A DNA stretch of 64,000 nucleotides. Source: an uncultured Gemmatimonadales bacterium (GTDB taxonomy: Bacteria; Gemmatimonadota; Gemmatimonadetes; Gemmatimonadales; GWC2-71-9). The notes under the pieces are model-generated. The model searched no databases and had not been told where the DNA came from. It was given only the letters and a program-made list of their open reading frames with translations. The position numbers and the translations under genes are program-made. The DNA lies in NCBI GenBank assembly GCA_963779755.1, contig CAVZZO010000003.1:608001-672000 (forward strand), read 5' to 3'. Of this stretch, positions 35,307-44,206 are shown piece by piece (position 1 is the stretch's first letter; each line of letters starts with the position of its first letter).

Positions 35307-36932
35307 CTAGACCAGCAACACCCAGCCGATCGCCAGCGTCCCCCCCAGGATCGCTACCACCCACAACAGCCATCTCACCCCGTCCTCTTTCCACCGGTCC
35401 AGCGCGTCCAGGCCGGTACGCACCCGGGACGGTCCCCAGGCGCCGGCGGGACGCACCTTCTCGTAGAAGCGGTCCAGCACCGGTGCCGGCTCCGCCGGGG
35501 TGAGGAACAGCACCGGCAGCCACACCGCCGCCGCTCCGAAGGTGGTCACCACCAGCCGGGTACCGAACGACCAGGGCTGGAACGAGGCGTACACCGCCAG
35601 GCCCAGCCCGGCCACCAGGGCCGCGATCTCCGCCCACGCATTCACCCGCCACCAGAACCAGCGCAGCAGCAGCAGGGCCCCGGTGCCGCTCCCGATCAGG
35701 ATCATGAACCGGAACACCTGGCCCACGCTCTCCATGTAGAAGGAGACGGCCGCCGCGAGCAACGTGATGCCGACACTGGCCCAGCGTGCCGCAGCCAGCA
35801 GCCGCCGCTCGTCGCGCTCGCCGCTGAACCGGGCATAGAGGTCGTGCACCAGGTAGCTGGCTCCCCAGTTCACCTGGGTGGAGACGGTGGACATGAAGGC
35901 CGCGACCAGGCTCGCCACCACCAGGCCCAGCAGGCCGGTGGGCAGATACCGTGTCATGAGCATCGGGTAGGCCAGCTCGGGGTCGGCCAGGCCGGGGAGA
36001 ATCACCAGCGCCGCCAGGCCCACGAGGACCCAGGGCCAGGTGCGCACCACGTAGTTGAGCAGGTTGAAGGCATGCGCCGCCTTCCGCGCCTCGCGCTCGT
36101 CCGCCGTCGAGGCGAGCCGTTGAACGAACATCCCGCCGCCGTCGCTGTTGCGGAACGCCCACCACTGGATGCATACGTAGCCCAGGAAGGTCCCCAGGGG
36201 CATGAGAGCATCGGAGCCCACCGGCACCAGCTCCAGGCGGTTGCCCTGGCCCGATGCCCGCAACGACGAGACCAGCGCGCCCAGGCCACCCACCTCGTGC
36301 AACGCGTAGCCCATCACCAGCAACGCGCCGCCCAGCGAGAGGATGTACTGGATGAAGTCGGTGGCCACCACGCCCCAGAGGCCCGAGGCCGCGGTATAGA
36401 TCAGGACGATCAGCACGATGGGCAGGATGGCCCACAGGCGTGGGTCACCGGGGAGGCCGGGCAGGCGATCCAGCACGCCCAGGGCCACCACGACCTTCCG
36501 CATGGCCAGCATGCCGTAGCCGATGCCGATGCAGTTGAGCGGGACCGCGTAGAAGAAGGCGCGCAGCCCCCGGAGCCAGGCGGCCGGCGCCCCGCCGTAG
36601 CGCAGCTCGGTCAGCTCCATGTCGGTCATCACGCCGGAGCGCCGCCAGAGCTTGGCCAGCACCACCGCCAGCAGCACGTGAGCCAGCGCGAAGCTCCACC
36701 ACTCCCAGTTGCCGGCGACGCCGGCCTTCGCCACCCGGCCGGCGACATAGAGCGGCGTGTCCACGTTGAAGGTGGTGGCCGCCATCGATGTGGCCGCCAG
36801 CCACCAGGGAATGGCCCGGCCGCCGACCAGGAATTCGGCCACATTGCGGGCGCCGCGCCGGGCCATAAAGACGCCCAGCGCCAGGGTGAAGGCGAGATAC
36901 CCCGCCAGGATCGCCCAGTCGAGGCCGCTCAT
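35307..36932 (-). CDS. Sodium:solute symporter family protein
   Basis: LDWAILAGY, SMAATTFNVDTPL, GLWGVVATDFIQ and AAFMSTVSTQVNWGASYLVHDLY; ATGA overlap with the nagZ stop. Confidence 0.9.
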   Translation of the reverse strand: MSGLDWAILAGYLAFTLALGVFMARRGARNVAEFLVGGRAIPWWLAATSMAATTFNVDTPLYVAGRVAKAGVAGNWEWWSFALAHVLLAVVLAKLWRRSGVMTDMELTELRYGGAPAAWLRGLRAFFYAVPLNCIGIGYGMLAMRKVVVALGVLDRLPGLPGDPRLWAILPIVLIVLIYTAASGLWGVVATDFIQYILSLGGALLVMGYALHEVGGLGALVSSLRASGQGNRLELVPVGSDALMPLGTFLGYVCIQWWAFRNSDGGGMFVQRLASTADEREARKAAHAFNLLNYVVRTWPWVLVGLAALVILPGLADPELAYPMLMTRYLPTGLLGLVVASLVAAFMSTVSTQVNWGASYLVHDLYARFSGERDERRLLAAARWASVGITLLAAAVSFYMESVGQVFRFMILIGSGTGALLLLRWFWWRVNAWAEIAALVAGLGLAVYASFQPWSFGTRLVVTTFGAAAVWLPVLFLTPAEPAPVLDRFYEKVRPAGAWGPSRVRTGLDALDRWKEDGVRWLLWVVAILGGTLAIGWVLLV

Positions 36933-38320
36933 GCCGTCCAGGCCGCCAGCCGCCCTGCGACCGCCCGTTGCATCAGCATCTGGCGATGCCAGGCCACCAG
37001 CACCGGCAGCCCCGGGGGGAAGGTCCGCGCCAGCCGCGGATGGCCGAAGAGCACCGCGAGATCGGCCTGCGCCTCCGTCACCGCCGCCGCCGCCTCGGGT
37101 GAGAGCCCCGCCCTGCCCTTCCATCCCCGGGGCTCGGCGGCAACCACCAGCACGCGGGAACCGCCGCTTCCCGGCCCGCAGCCGGCAGCGGCCAGCAGCC
37201 GGTCGAGCAGGAGGGGCGGCGAGGGGGGCCAGGGGCCGCCCAGATCGTCGTCGATCAGCTGCAGCTCGAGCGGCCCCCGAAGTGTCGGCCGGTCTCCCGC
37301 CAGTCCGGCCTTCAGCAGGGCATCGGCCATGGCAGCCGCCAGGGCGGCGGGGTCGCCCGCGAGAGGGGGGGGCGGCAGCGAGGCCCTCTCCAGGGCTTGA
37401 TCGTAGCGGGACAGCGACTGCCCCAGGCGGCCGTCGGGAAGCGCCCGCGGGGCGCCCAGCGCCCGCGCCGCTGCCGCGGGTCCGTCCGGATAGAGCAGCA
37501 GATCGCAGCCGGCGCGGACCGCCGCCAGCGCCGTTTCGCCGGGCGGGCGCCCGCCCGCCGCTCCCATGATCAGGGCATCGGTCACGATGAGCCCGTCGAA
37601 GCCGTCGCGCCGCAGCCGCCGGAGGATGGGGGCGGAGAAGGTGGCCGGTGCGCCCGACGGGTCGAGCGCGGGAACGGCAAGATGCCCGGTCATCACGGCC
37701 GCCACCTTCGCGCGGATCCCCGCGCGGAAGGGCAGCAGATCCGCCGCTTCCAGCTGGGCCGGAGTTGCGGGTACGACGGGAACCTCCAGGTGCGAGTCGC
37801 TCCTGGTGCGGCCGTGCCCCGGGTAGTGCTTGACACAGGCCAGCGCTCCCGACGCCTGGCAGGATTCGACCCAGGCCGCGACGCAGTCCGCCACCGCCGC
37901 GGGATCGGCCCCGAAGGAACGGCTCTGCACGATGGGATTCTCCGGCTCGATATCCAGATCGGCCACGGGAGCCAGCACCCAGTTGACGCCCACCGACCGC
38001 GCCTCCGCCGCGGTGATGGCCGCCGCCCGGGTGACCGCCGGACGGCCCAGGGTGGCGAGCGCGCCCGGCGGCGGAAGATCGGTCAACCCGGCGAACTGCT
38101 GGCCCGCGCCGCGCTCCAGGTCTGCCGCGAGGAGCAGCTCCCGGCCGGCCCGCTCGCGCAGCCCGGCGGTCAGGGCGCGCACCGCCTCTGCCGTTCCGCC
38201 GAAGATGATGAACCCGCCGGCGCCGGACTCGAGCGCAGCGGCGATCGCTTCGCGCTCGTGCCCGAAGCCGCTCTCCGGCCGCCAGCGCAGCGCCGGAAGG
38301 ACCAGCCGTCCCGCGGTCAC
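36929..38320 (-). CDS. nagZ: Glycoside hydrolase family 3, beta-N-acetylhexosaminidase
   Basis: ADLERG, APVADL, RSFG, KHYPGHG...DSH and VTDALIM; lies in an operon with anmK and murQ. Confidence 0.82.
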   Translation of the reverse strand: MTAGRLVLPALRWRPESGFGHEREAIAAALESGAGGFIIFGGTAEAVRALTAGLRERAGRELLLAADLERGAGQQFAGLTDLPPPGALATLGRPAVTRAAAITAAEARSVGVNWVLAPVADLDIEPENPIVQSRSFGADPAAVADCVAAWVESCQASGALACVKHYPGHGRTRSDSHLEVPVVPATPAQLEAADLLPFRAGIRAKVAAVMTGHLAVPALDPSGAPATFSAPILRRLRRDGFDGLIVTDALIMGAAGGRPPGETALAAVRAGCDLLLYPDGPAAAARALGAPRALPDGRLGQSLSRYDQALERASLPPPPLAGDPAALAAAMADALLKAGLAGDRPTLRGPLELQLIDDDLGGPWPPSPPLLLDRLLAAAGCGPGSGGSRVLVVAAEPRGWKGRAGLSPEAAAAVTEAQADLAVLFGHPRLARTFPPGLPVLVAWHRQMLMQRAVAGRLAAWTA

Positions 38321-39435
38321 GCGGGCGTGACCGATCCCAGCAGCCGGAACCCTCGCGCGCCGGTGGCCGACGGCAGGTTGCCGGGCTGCTCCTGCAGCAG
38401 GAGATACCCCAGCAGGGCGAACGCGACCGCTTCCTTCGCGTCGCCGGAGAAGAACAGTTCGTCGAAGCGGCGCAGCGCCGGCGGCTCGCCCCGGGCGTCG
38501 CGCAGGTGTTGCGCCAGCGACGCCATGAGCAACGGGTGGTGACAGCCGCCACCGGAGACCACCACCTCGGGTGTGCCGGGGACCCAGCGGCGGATGGCCT
38601 GCACGATGCTGCGGGCGGTCAGCTCCACCGCGGTGGCCACGCCGTCGGGACCGGGAACCCGGGCGAAGAGCGACCGCGCGTAGGCCTGGCCGAATCGTTC
38701 GCGGCCGGTACTCTTGGGGGGCGCCTGCTCGAAGTAGGGGTCGGCCAGCAACTGGGCCAGGAGCGCCTCGGCTGGCGCTCCCTGGGAGGCGAGCAGGCCG
38801 TCGCGGTCGTACGGCAGAGCGGGATCGTTGAGGCGGGCGACCTCGTCGATGATCGCCACACCGGGCCCGGTATCGAGCGCGAAGGCGCCTTCGAGCTGGC
38901 CCCGGCGCTCCACATAGGTCAGGTTGGCCATGCCGCCGACGTTGAGCAGCACCCGCGCCTGATCGTCGGCCCCGAAGAGCAGCACATCGGCCATGGGCAC
39001 CAGCGGCGCCCCGTGCCCCCCGGCGGCGACGTCCCGCGAACGGAAGTCGCTGATGACGCGCACGCCGAAGCGCTCGGCGAGAATCGCCGGCTCGCCCAGC
39101 TGCCAGCTCACCAGCGGGGGCTCATGCCAGATGGTCTGGCCGGGGAAGGCGATGAACGCCAGCTGGGAGGGGGAGACCCGGCTCTCGGCCAGGAGCATCT
39201 CGACGGCCTGTGCCGCCCATTCGGCCACGTGCGCATGCAGCCGGGCCAGCTCGGGCACGGAGGCTTCGGAGACGGCGCGGAGCAGCTCCTCGCGCTCGAT
39301 CGCTGCATAGGGCCGGCAGGCGTAGCGGACCAGTTCCACGTCGCCCGGGCCGCCGATCCGCACCAGCGCCGCATCGACGCCGTCCAGCGACGTGCCCGAC
39401 ATGAGCCCGACCGCCAGCTGGGACACCGAGCTCAT
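38317..39435 (-). CDS. anmK: Anhydro-N-acetylmuramic acid kinase
   Basis: GLMSGTSLDGVD, GQTIWH, DFRSRDVAAGGHGAPLVP, NVGGMAN, PKSTGRERF and KEAVAFA. Confidence 0.95.
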   Translation of the reverse strand: MSSVSQLAVGLMSGTSLDGVDAALVRIGGPGDVELVRYACRPYAAIEREELLRAVSEASVPELARLHAHVAEWAAQAVEMLLAESRVSPSQLAFIAFPGQTIWHEPPLVSWQLGEPAILAERFGVRVISDFRSRDVAAGGHGAPLVPMADVLLFGADDQARVLLNVGGMANLTYVERRGQLEGAFALDTGPGVAIIDEVARLNDPALPYDRDGLLASQGAPAEALLAQLLADPYFEQAPPKSTGRERFGQAYARSLFARVPGPDGVATAVELTARSIVQAIRRWVPGTPEVVVSGGGCHHPLLMASLAQHLRDARGEPPALRRFDELFFSGDAKEAVAFALLGYLLLQEQPGNLPSATGARGFRLLGSVTPA

Positions 39436-40352
39436 GCGCGGCTCCCGGGAGGATCGCCCACCACGGGCCGGAGCCGTCCTCCCGACTGCGCCAGCAGCTG
39501 CTCCGCCTCCTCCGTGCTCACGCCTCGCCTGGCCATGACAATGGCCGTCTTGACACTGCCACCCGCCGCGTCGATGACCGCGCGGGCGCCGGCCCGGTCC
39601 AGGCCCGTCGTCTCCATGACGATGCGCTCGGAGCGGTCCACCAGCTTCTCACTCCAGGCCTGCAGGTCCACCATCAGGTTGCCGTAGACCTTGCCCAGCC
39701 GGATCATCGCCCCGGTGCTCAGCAGGTTCAGCACCAGCTTGGTGGCGGTGCCCGCCTTCATGCGGGTGGAGCCGGCGATGACCTCGGGGCCGGTCAGCAC
39801 CGTGATGCAGACGTCGCAGGTATCGCGCAGTACGGCCGGGGGCTCGGAGCAGGACAGGAACACGGTGCGCGCTCCCAGGGCCTGCGCTCGCCCCAGCGCC
39901 GCGCGCACGTAGGGCGTGGTCCCGCTGGCGGCGATCCCCACCACGGTGTCGCGAGTAGAGACCCGGTGCCCGTCCATGGCGGCGATCCCGGTATTGACGT
40001 CGTCCTCCGCACCCTCGGCGCTCTTCACCAGCGCGGGAAAGCCGCCGGCAATGATCCCCACCACCATCTCCGGCGGCGTCCGGAAGGTGGGCGGACATTC
40101 CGACGCGTCGAGCACGCCCAGGCGGCCGCTGGTGCCGGCGCCGATATAGAGCAGCCTGCCGCCCTGACGGAAGCTCTGCTCGATGAGCTCGATGGCCCAG
40201 GCAATCTCGGTGCGGGCCCGGGCGACGGCGGCGGGAACGGTGGCGTCCTCGGCGGAGATCAGGTCGACGATCTCGAGCGCCCCCGCCTGATCGATGGCGC
40301 CGGTGCGGGGGTTGCGCTGCTCGGTGAGTCGCGGATCGCGGATGTCGTTCAT
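39432..40352 (-). CDS. murQ: N-acetylmuramic acid 6-phosphate etherase
   Basis: TEQRNP, GAGTSGRLGVLDASECPPTF, GPEVIAGSTRMKAGTATK and GKVYGNLMVD. Confidence 0.96.
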   Translation of the reverse strand: MNDIRDPRLTEQRNPRTGAIDQAGALEIVDLISAEDATVPAAVARARTEIAWAIELIEQSFRQGGRLLYIGAGTSGRLGVLDASECPPTFRTPPEMVVGIIAGGFPALVKSAEGAEDDVNTGIAAMDGHRVSTRDTVVGIAASGTTPYVRAALGRAQALGARTVFLSCSEPPAVLRDTCDVCITVLTGPEVIAGSTRMKAGTATKLVLNLLSTGAMIRLGKVYGNLMVDLQAWSEKLVDRSERIVMETTGLDRAGARAVIDAAGGSVKTAIVMARRGVSTEEAEQLLAQSGGRLRPVVGDPPGSRA

Positions 40353-40367
40353 CGGATTGATGTCCTG

Positions 40368-40437
40368 TCGACCCTCTCGACCCTCTCGACCGGTCTGGAA
40401 GGGTCGCGGGGGTCGAGAACGTCGAGGGGGTCAAGGT
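40368..40437. repeat. 9-mer tandem/inverted repeat (TCGACCCTC, about 3 units; inverted, about 4 units)
   Basis: TCGACCCTC TCGACCCTC TCGACC ... GGGTCGCGG GGGTCGAGA ACGTCGAGG GGGTCAAGG, in the divergent murQ/ggt gap. Confidence 0.75.
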
Positions 40438-40555
40438 CCGGCGCGGCCGAATGGAGTCGGGTCATCCGTGCAGTCTGGGCATTACATTACCTTTGTCCGG
40501 TCCCCGCGGCAATCGCCGGTTCAGCCATCTCAACCTCTCACCTCCGAGATCCAGC

Positions 40556-42277
40556 GTGCGACCTGGAACTGCTTTCTCCCTGCTGCTCCTGGCCACGGCG
40601 GCATGCGCCGGCCCCGGCGCTCCCGCTCCCGCCGCCATCTCCGGCATCAACCCCGACTGGGCTCTGCAGGGCAAGGCGCGGGTCGAAGACGGCACCAACG
40701 GCATGGTAGTCTCCGGCAGCCCCATCGCGAGCCAGGTCGGCCGCGATATCCTGCTGCAGGGCGGTAACGCGGTGGACGCGGCGGTGGCGGTCGGCATGGC
40801 GCTCGCCGTGGTGCACCCCTCCGCCGGAAACATCGGCGGCGGCGGTTTCATGATCATCCATCTGGGCGATAGCGTTCTGGCGCTGGACTACCGGGAGACG
40901 GCGCCGGGTGGCGCGACCCGCGACATGTACCTCGACCACAACGGCACCCCGTCCAACCTGAGCATCACCGGCGCATTGTCCACCGGCGTGCCGGGATCGG
41001 TGGCCGGCATGCTGGAAGCGCACCGGCGTTTCGGCAAGCTCCCGCTCGAACGGATCATGGCTCCGGCCATCCGGCTGGCGCGCGAGGGATTCGTGGTGGA
41101 CGAGTTCCGCAGTCATTCGCTCGACAATGACCGCGACCGGCTGTACCTCTTCCCCGCCTCCCGCCGCAACTACCTCCCGGGCGGCCATGCCCCGCCGCCC
41201 GGCTCGACCTTCGTGCAACCGGAACTGGCCCGCACCCTGACGGCCATCCGGGACAGCGGCTGGGCCGGCTTCTACCGGGGCTGGGTGGCCGACAGCATCG
41301 TGGCCGAGATGCAGCGGGACGGCGGCCTCATCAGCTTCGAGGATCTGGCCTCGTATCACGCCATCTGGCGGCAGCCGGTCCGGATCAGTTACCGCGGGTA
41401 CACCATCTACTCCATGCCCCCCGCCTCCAGCGGCGGCGTCACGCTGGGCGAAATCCTGAACATCATGGAGGGCTACGACCCCCTCCCGCCCTTCGGTTCG
41501 CCCGCCCTGCTGCACCGCGAAGCGGAGGCCATGCGGCGCGCCTTCACCGACCGCAACGAATTCCTGGGCGACCCGGCATTCGTCCAGATGCCGCTGGACC
41601 GGCTGCTCTCCAAGCAGTACGCCGACTCCCTGCGGGAGACGATCGACCCCGGGCACGCCACCCGGACGGCGGCCTTCCGGCCGGGGCTCAGCACCAGCAC
41701 CCAGACGACCCATTATTCGGTGGTGGACGCCGACGGCAATGCCGTCAGCTGCACCACCACCCTCAATAACAGCTACGGCAGCGCCGTCACCGTCTCCGGC
41801 GCGGGTTTCCTGCTGAACGACGAAATGGACGATTTCGCCAGCGCGCCCGGCAAGCCCAATATGTACGGCCTGGTGCAGGGCGAGGCCAACGCCATCGCGC
41901 CGGGCAAACGGATGCTCTCCGCCATGACGCCGAGCATCGTCTTCGACCCCCGGCAGCAGCTCTTCATGGTAGTGGGAACTCCGGGGGGCCCGACCATCAT
42001 TACGCAGGTCTATCACGTGATCAGCAACGTGATTGATCATCACATGGGGCTGCCGGACGCCGTGGACGCGCCCAGAATGCACCACCAGGGGCTGCCGGAC
42101 CGGATGCAGGTCGAGCGGAACGGGTTCCGGCCCGCGGCCATCGATCAGCTGGAGGCCATGGGCCACCACATCAGCGACCGCGGCTACATGGGCGATGTCG
42201 AGGCGATCATCCGGACCGATCGCGGCTGGGAAGGGGTAAGCGATCCGCGGTTGGGCGGAGGCGGAGCGGGATATTGA
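40556..42277 (+). CDS. ggt: Gamma-glutamyltransferase
   Basis: GGNAVDAAVA, GNIGGGGFM, DYRETAP, TTHYSVVD nucleophile Thr, LLNDEMDDF, KRMLSAMTP and GTPGG. Confidence 0.95.
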   Translation: MRPGTAFSLLLLATAACAGPGAPAPAAISGINPDWALQGKARVEDGTNGMVVSGSPIASQVGRDILLQGGNAVDAAVAVGMALAVVHPSAGNIGGGGFMIIHLGDSVLALDYRETAPGGATRDMYLDHNGTPSNLSITGALSTGVPGSVAGMLEAHRRFGKLPLERIMAPAIRLAREGFVVDEFRSHSLDNDRDRLYLFPASRRNYLPGGHAPPPGSTFVQPELARTLTAIRDSGWAGFYRGWVADSIVAEMQRDGGLISFEDLASYHAIWRQPVRISYRGYTIYSMPPASSGGVTLGEILNIMEGYDPLPPFGSPALLHREAEAMRRAFTDRNEFLGDPAFVQMPLDRLLSKQYADSLRETIDPGHATRTAAFRPGLSTSTQTTHYSVVDADGNAVSCTTTLNNSYGSAVTVSGAGFLLNDEMDDFASAPGKPNMYGLVQGEANAIAPGKRMLSAMTPSIVFDPRQQLFMVVGTPGGPTIITQVYHVISNVIDHHMGLPDAVDAPRMHHQGLPDRMQVERNGFRPAAIDQLEAMGHHISDRGYMGDVEAIIRTDRGWEGVSDPRLGGGGAGY

Positions 42278-42280
42278 ACA

Positions 42281-42390
42281 GCAGGGACCAGGGACCAGGA
42301 ATCAGGAATCAGGAATCAGGAATCAGGGGGCCCGGAGAGCACTTCGGACCCCCTGTTTCTTGTCCCTGGTTCCAGGTCCCTGGTCCCTGC
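42281..42390. repeat. Heptamer tandem array (CAGGGAC/CAGGAAT, 6-7 units) with inverted arm (about 5 units)
   Basis: The ends GCAGGGACCAGGGAC and GTCCCTGGTCCCTGC are perfectly complementary; lies between convergent genes. Confidence 0.9.
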
Positions 42391-42391
42391 C

Positions 42392-43132
42392 TTACAGCGT
42401 CAGTTTCTGCGTCAGCGTCAGCACGATCCTGGCGCCCTGCGGCACGACCACATCCCGGTCGGCCGTCTCTACCGCCACGCCTGTTCCCACTGCGGCGCCC
42501 ACCACACCACCGATGATCGCGCCCTTGCTGTTGCCGCTCAGGACCCGCCCGGCGATGGCCCCGGCGGCCGCGCCGGCGCCGACCTTGGCGGCGTCACCCG
42601 CCGTCACGCCGCGGCCCGCCAGATGATGCTCCACCGAGTCGAGGCTGGCGGCCAGGTCGTAACTCTGGCCATTCACCATGATGGTGGCAGGCACCAGCAC
42701 GATCTTCCCATCCTTCTGGCTCTTGTTCTCCGCGGGCTCGATCTGGGTGATCGTGAGCTTTACCGTGCTGCCGGAGGGGATCACGACGCGGCCCTGATCG
42801 TCGGTCACGTTCTGGGAGACGGTGGCGTCGAGGGTCTCGCCCGCCTTGTTGCTCTTGCTGCTGATCTCGCTGTTGGCCGTGGCCACGATTTCCGAACCGG
42901 CCGGGAGACTCTGCCCCTTCGCGGTGGTCGACTGGATGCCGGTATTGGACCGGGGACTGGTGGTTCGCGCCGGCGTGGCCGCGGGCCGATCGCCGAGACG
43001 GGCGCCGGTGTCGGCCGGGGCCATCTGGAGGTCACGGTCGAGGCTGTCCGCCATGGCGCTGTCGTTCTTGGGGCGCGCCGAGCAGCCAACGACCGCGGCC
43101 GCGGCGAGTGCCGCCAGAAGAGTCCGTCTCAT
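42392..43132 (-). CDS. Lipoprotein with beta-rich domain and glycine-zipper motif
   Basis: VVGC lipobox; GAGAAAGAIAG...GAIIGGVVGAAVGTG; paralog of 43348-44148. Confidence 0.78.
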   Translation of the reverse strand: MRRTLLAALAAAAVVGCSARPKNDSAMADSLDRDLQMAPADTGARLGDRPAATPARTTSPRSNTGIQSTTAKGQSLPAGSEIVATANSEISSKSNKAGETLDATVSQNVTDDQGRVVIPSGSTVKLTITQIEPAENKSQKDGKIVLVPATIMVNGQSYDLAASLDSVEHHLAGRGVTAGDAAKVGAGAAAGAIAGRVLSGNSKGAIIGGVVGAAVGTGVAVETADRDVVVPQGARIVLTLTQKLTL

Positions 43133-43347
43133 ACTGCCTCCTTGCTCGTCGTCGATACGCTCACGTGCCCCGCGGACGGTCCCGGGTGCCCGTCACAGCC
43201 CGTCACGCGTGAGTCGGGGGGAAACCGGACAAAAGATGGGGGAGCGAGGGGGAAGCGGCTGTGACGGGAGACACAGGAAAGGCGGCAGGAGGCAGGTTGT
43301 ATCCGCTGCGCCCCTGCCGCCCATGTCCGCCTGTACCGCCCTCCGCC

Positions 43348-44148
43348 TCAATTGAGCGCGAAGACTTCCTTCAGGGTGATCAGAATCGTCGCCCCGGCGG
43401 GGATCACCACGTCCCGGTCGGCGGTTTCTACTGCCACCCCGGTGCCGACGGCGGCGCCCACCGCCCCACCGATCACGGTGCCCTGCTTGCCGCCCAGGAT
43501 ACGGCCGGCGATGGCACCGCCGACCGCTCCAGCCCCGACCTTGGCCGCGTCGCCCGCCGTCACGCCGCGCCCCTTGAGGTAGTGCTCCACGGAATCGACG
43601 CTGGCGGAGAGTGGGTGGTCTTCCCCGTTGATCCGCACGCTGGTGGGGGTGAGGGCCAGCTTGCCGTCCTTGGCGCTCTTGTTCTCCGCGGGAGCCAGCT
43701 CGGCGATGGTAAAGGTGATCACCGATCCGGCGGGGATGACGACCTGTCCCCTGGCGTCACGAATATCGCTGCCCACCGAGGCGGTCATGCTTTCGCCCGG
43801 CTTGTTGTGCCGGGAGCTGATCGAATCGGTGGCCGCAGCCTGGATGACCGTCCCGGCCGGCAGCACCGAGGGCGCGGGCGCGACCGGCTTCTGCACCGGC
43901 CGGGCGGCCGGCTGTTCCGGCTGCGGCCTGGGCTGCGGTTTCGGCTGCGGCTTCCGCGCCGGAGCGGCCTGGGCCGGAGGGGTGGCCTCCGGGGCCGGTT
44001 GGTCGTTCAGGGTGGCGGAGGTGTCTGCCGGTGCCAGTTGCAGGTCACGGGACAGGCTGTCCGCGCTGGCGGACTGTTGTGCATCTCGGGTTCCGCAGGC
44101 GGCAACAAGGGCAAGCATTGCCGTTCCCGCCAGCAGTCGTGTCCACAT
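43348..44148 (-). CDS. Lipoprotein with Pro-rich linker, beta-rich domain and glycine-zipper motif
   Basis: VAAC lipobox and GAGGAG RBS; shares DSL.RDLQ.APADT and GRGVTAGDAAKVGAGA with the downstream paralog. Confidence 0.78.
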   Translation of the reverse strand: MWTRLLAGTAMLALVAACGTRDAQQSASADSLSRDLQLAPADTSATLNDQPAPEATPPAQAAPARKPQPKPQPRPQPEQPAARPVQKPVAPAPSVLPAGTVIQAAATDSISSRHNKPGESMTASVGSDIRDARGQVVIPAGSVITFTIAELAPAENKSAKDGKLALTPTSVRINGEDHPLSASVDSVEHYLKGRGVTAGDAAKVGAGAVGGAIAGRILGGKQGTVIGGAVGAAVGTGVAVETADRDVVIPAGATILITLKEVFALN

Positions 44149-44206
44149 GGGGCATCTCCTCGGGTGTCTTGTCCTGGTGTCCGGGCCCGGTGACATTTCT
44201 CTGTCT

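Noticed and set aside
35307..38552. 1081-aa ORF suggesting a large symporter fusion
   Set aside because: The N-terminal half is an alternative frame over nagZ and anmK. The real symporter starts at ATG 36932, coupled to the nagZ stop.
43188..43268. CCCGTCACAG direct and inverted copies between the lipoprotein paralogs
   Set aside because: Short and GC-rich; could be a weak member of the repeat family or a terminator, but too little support to call.
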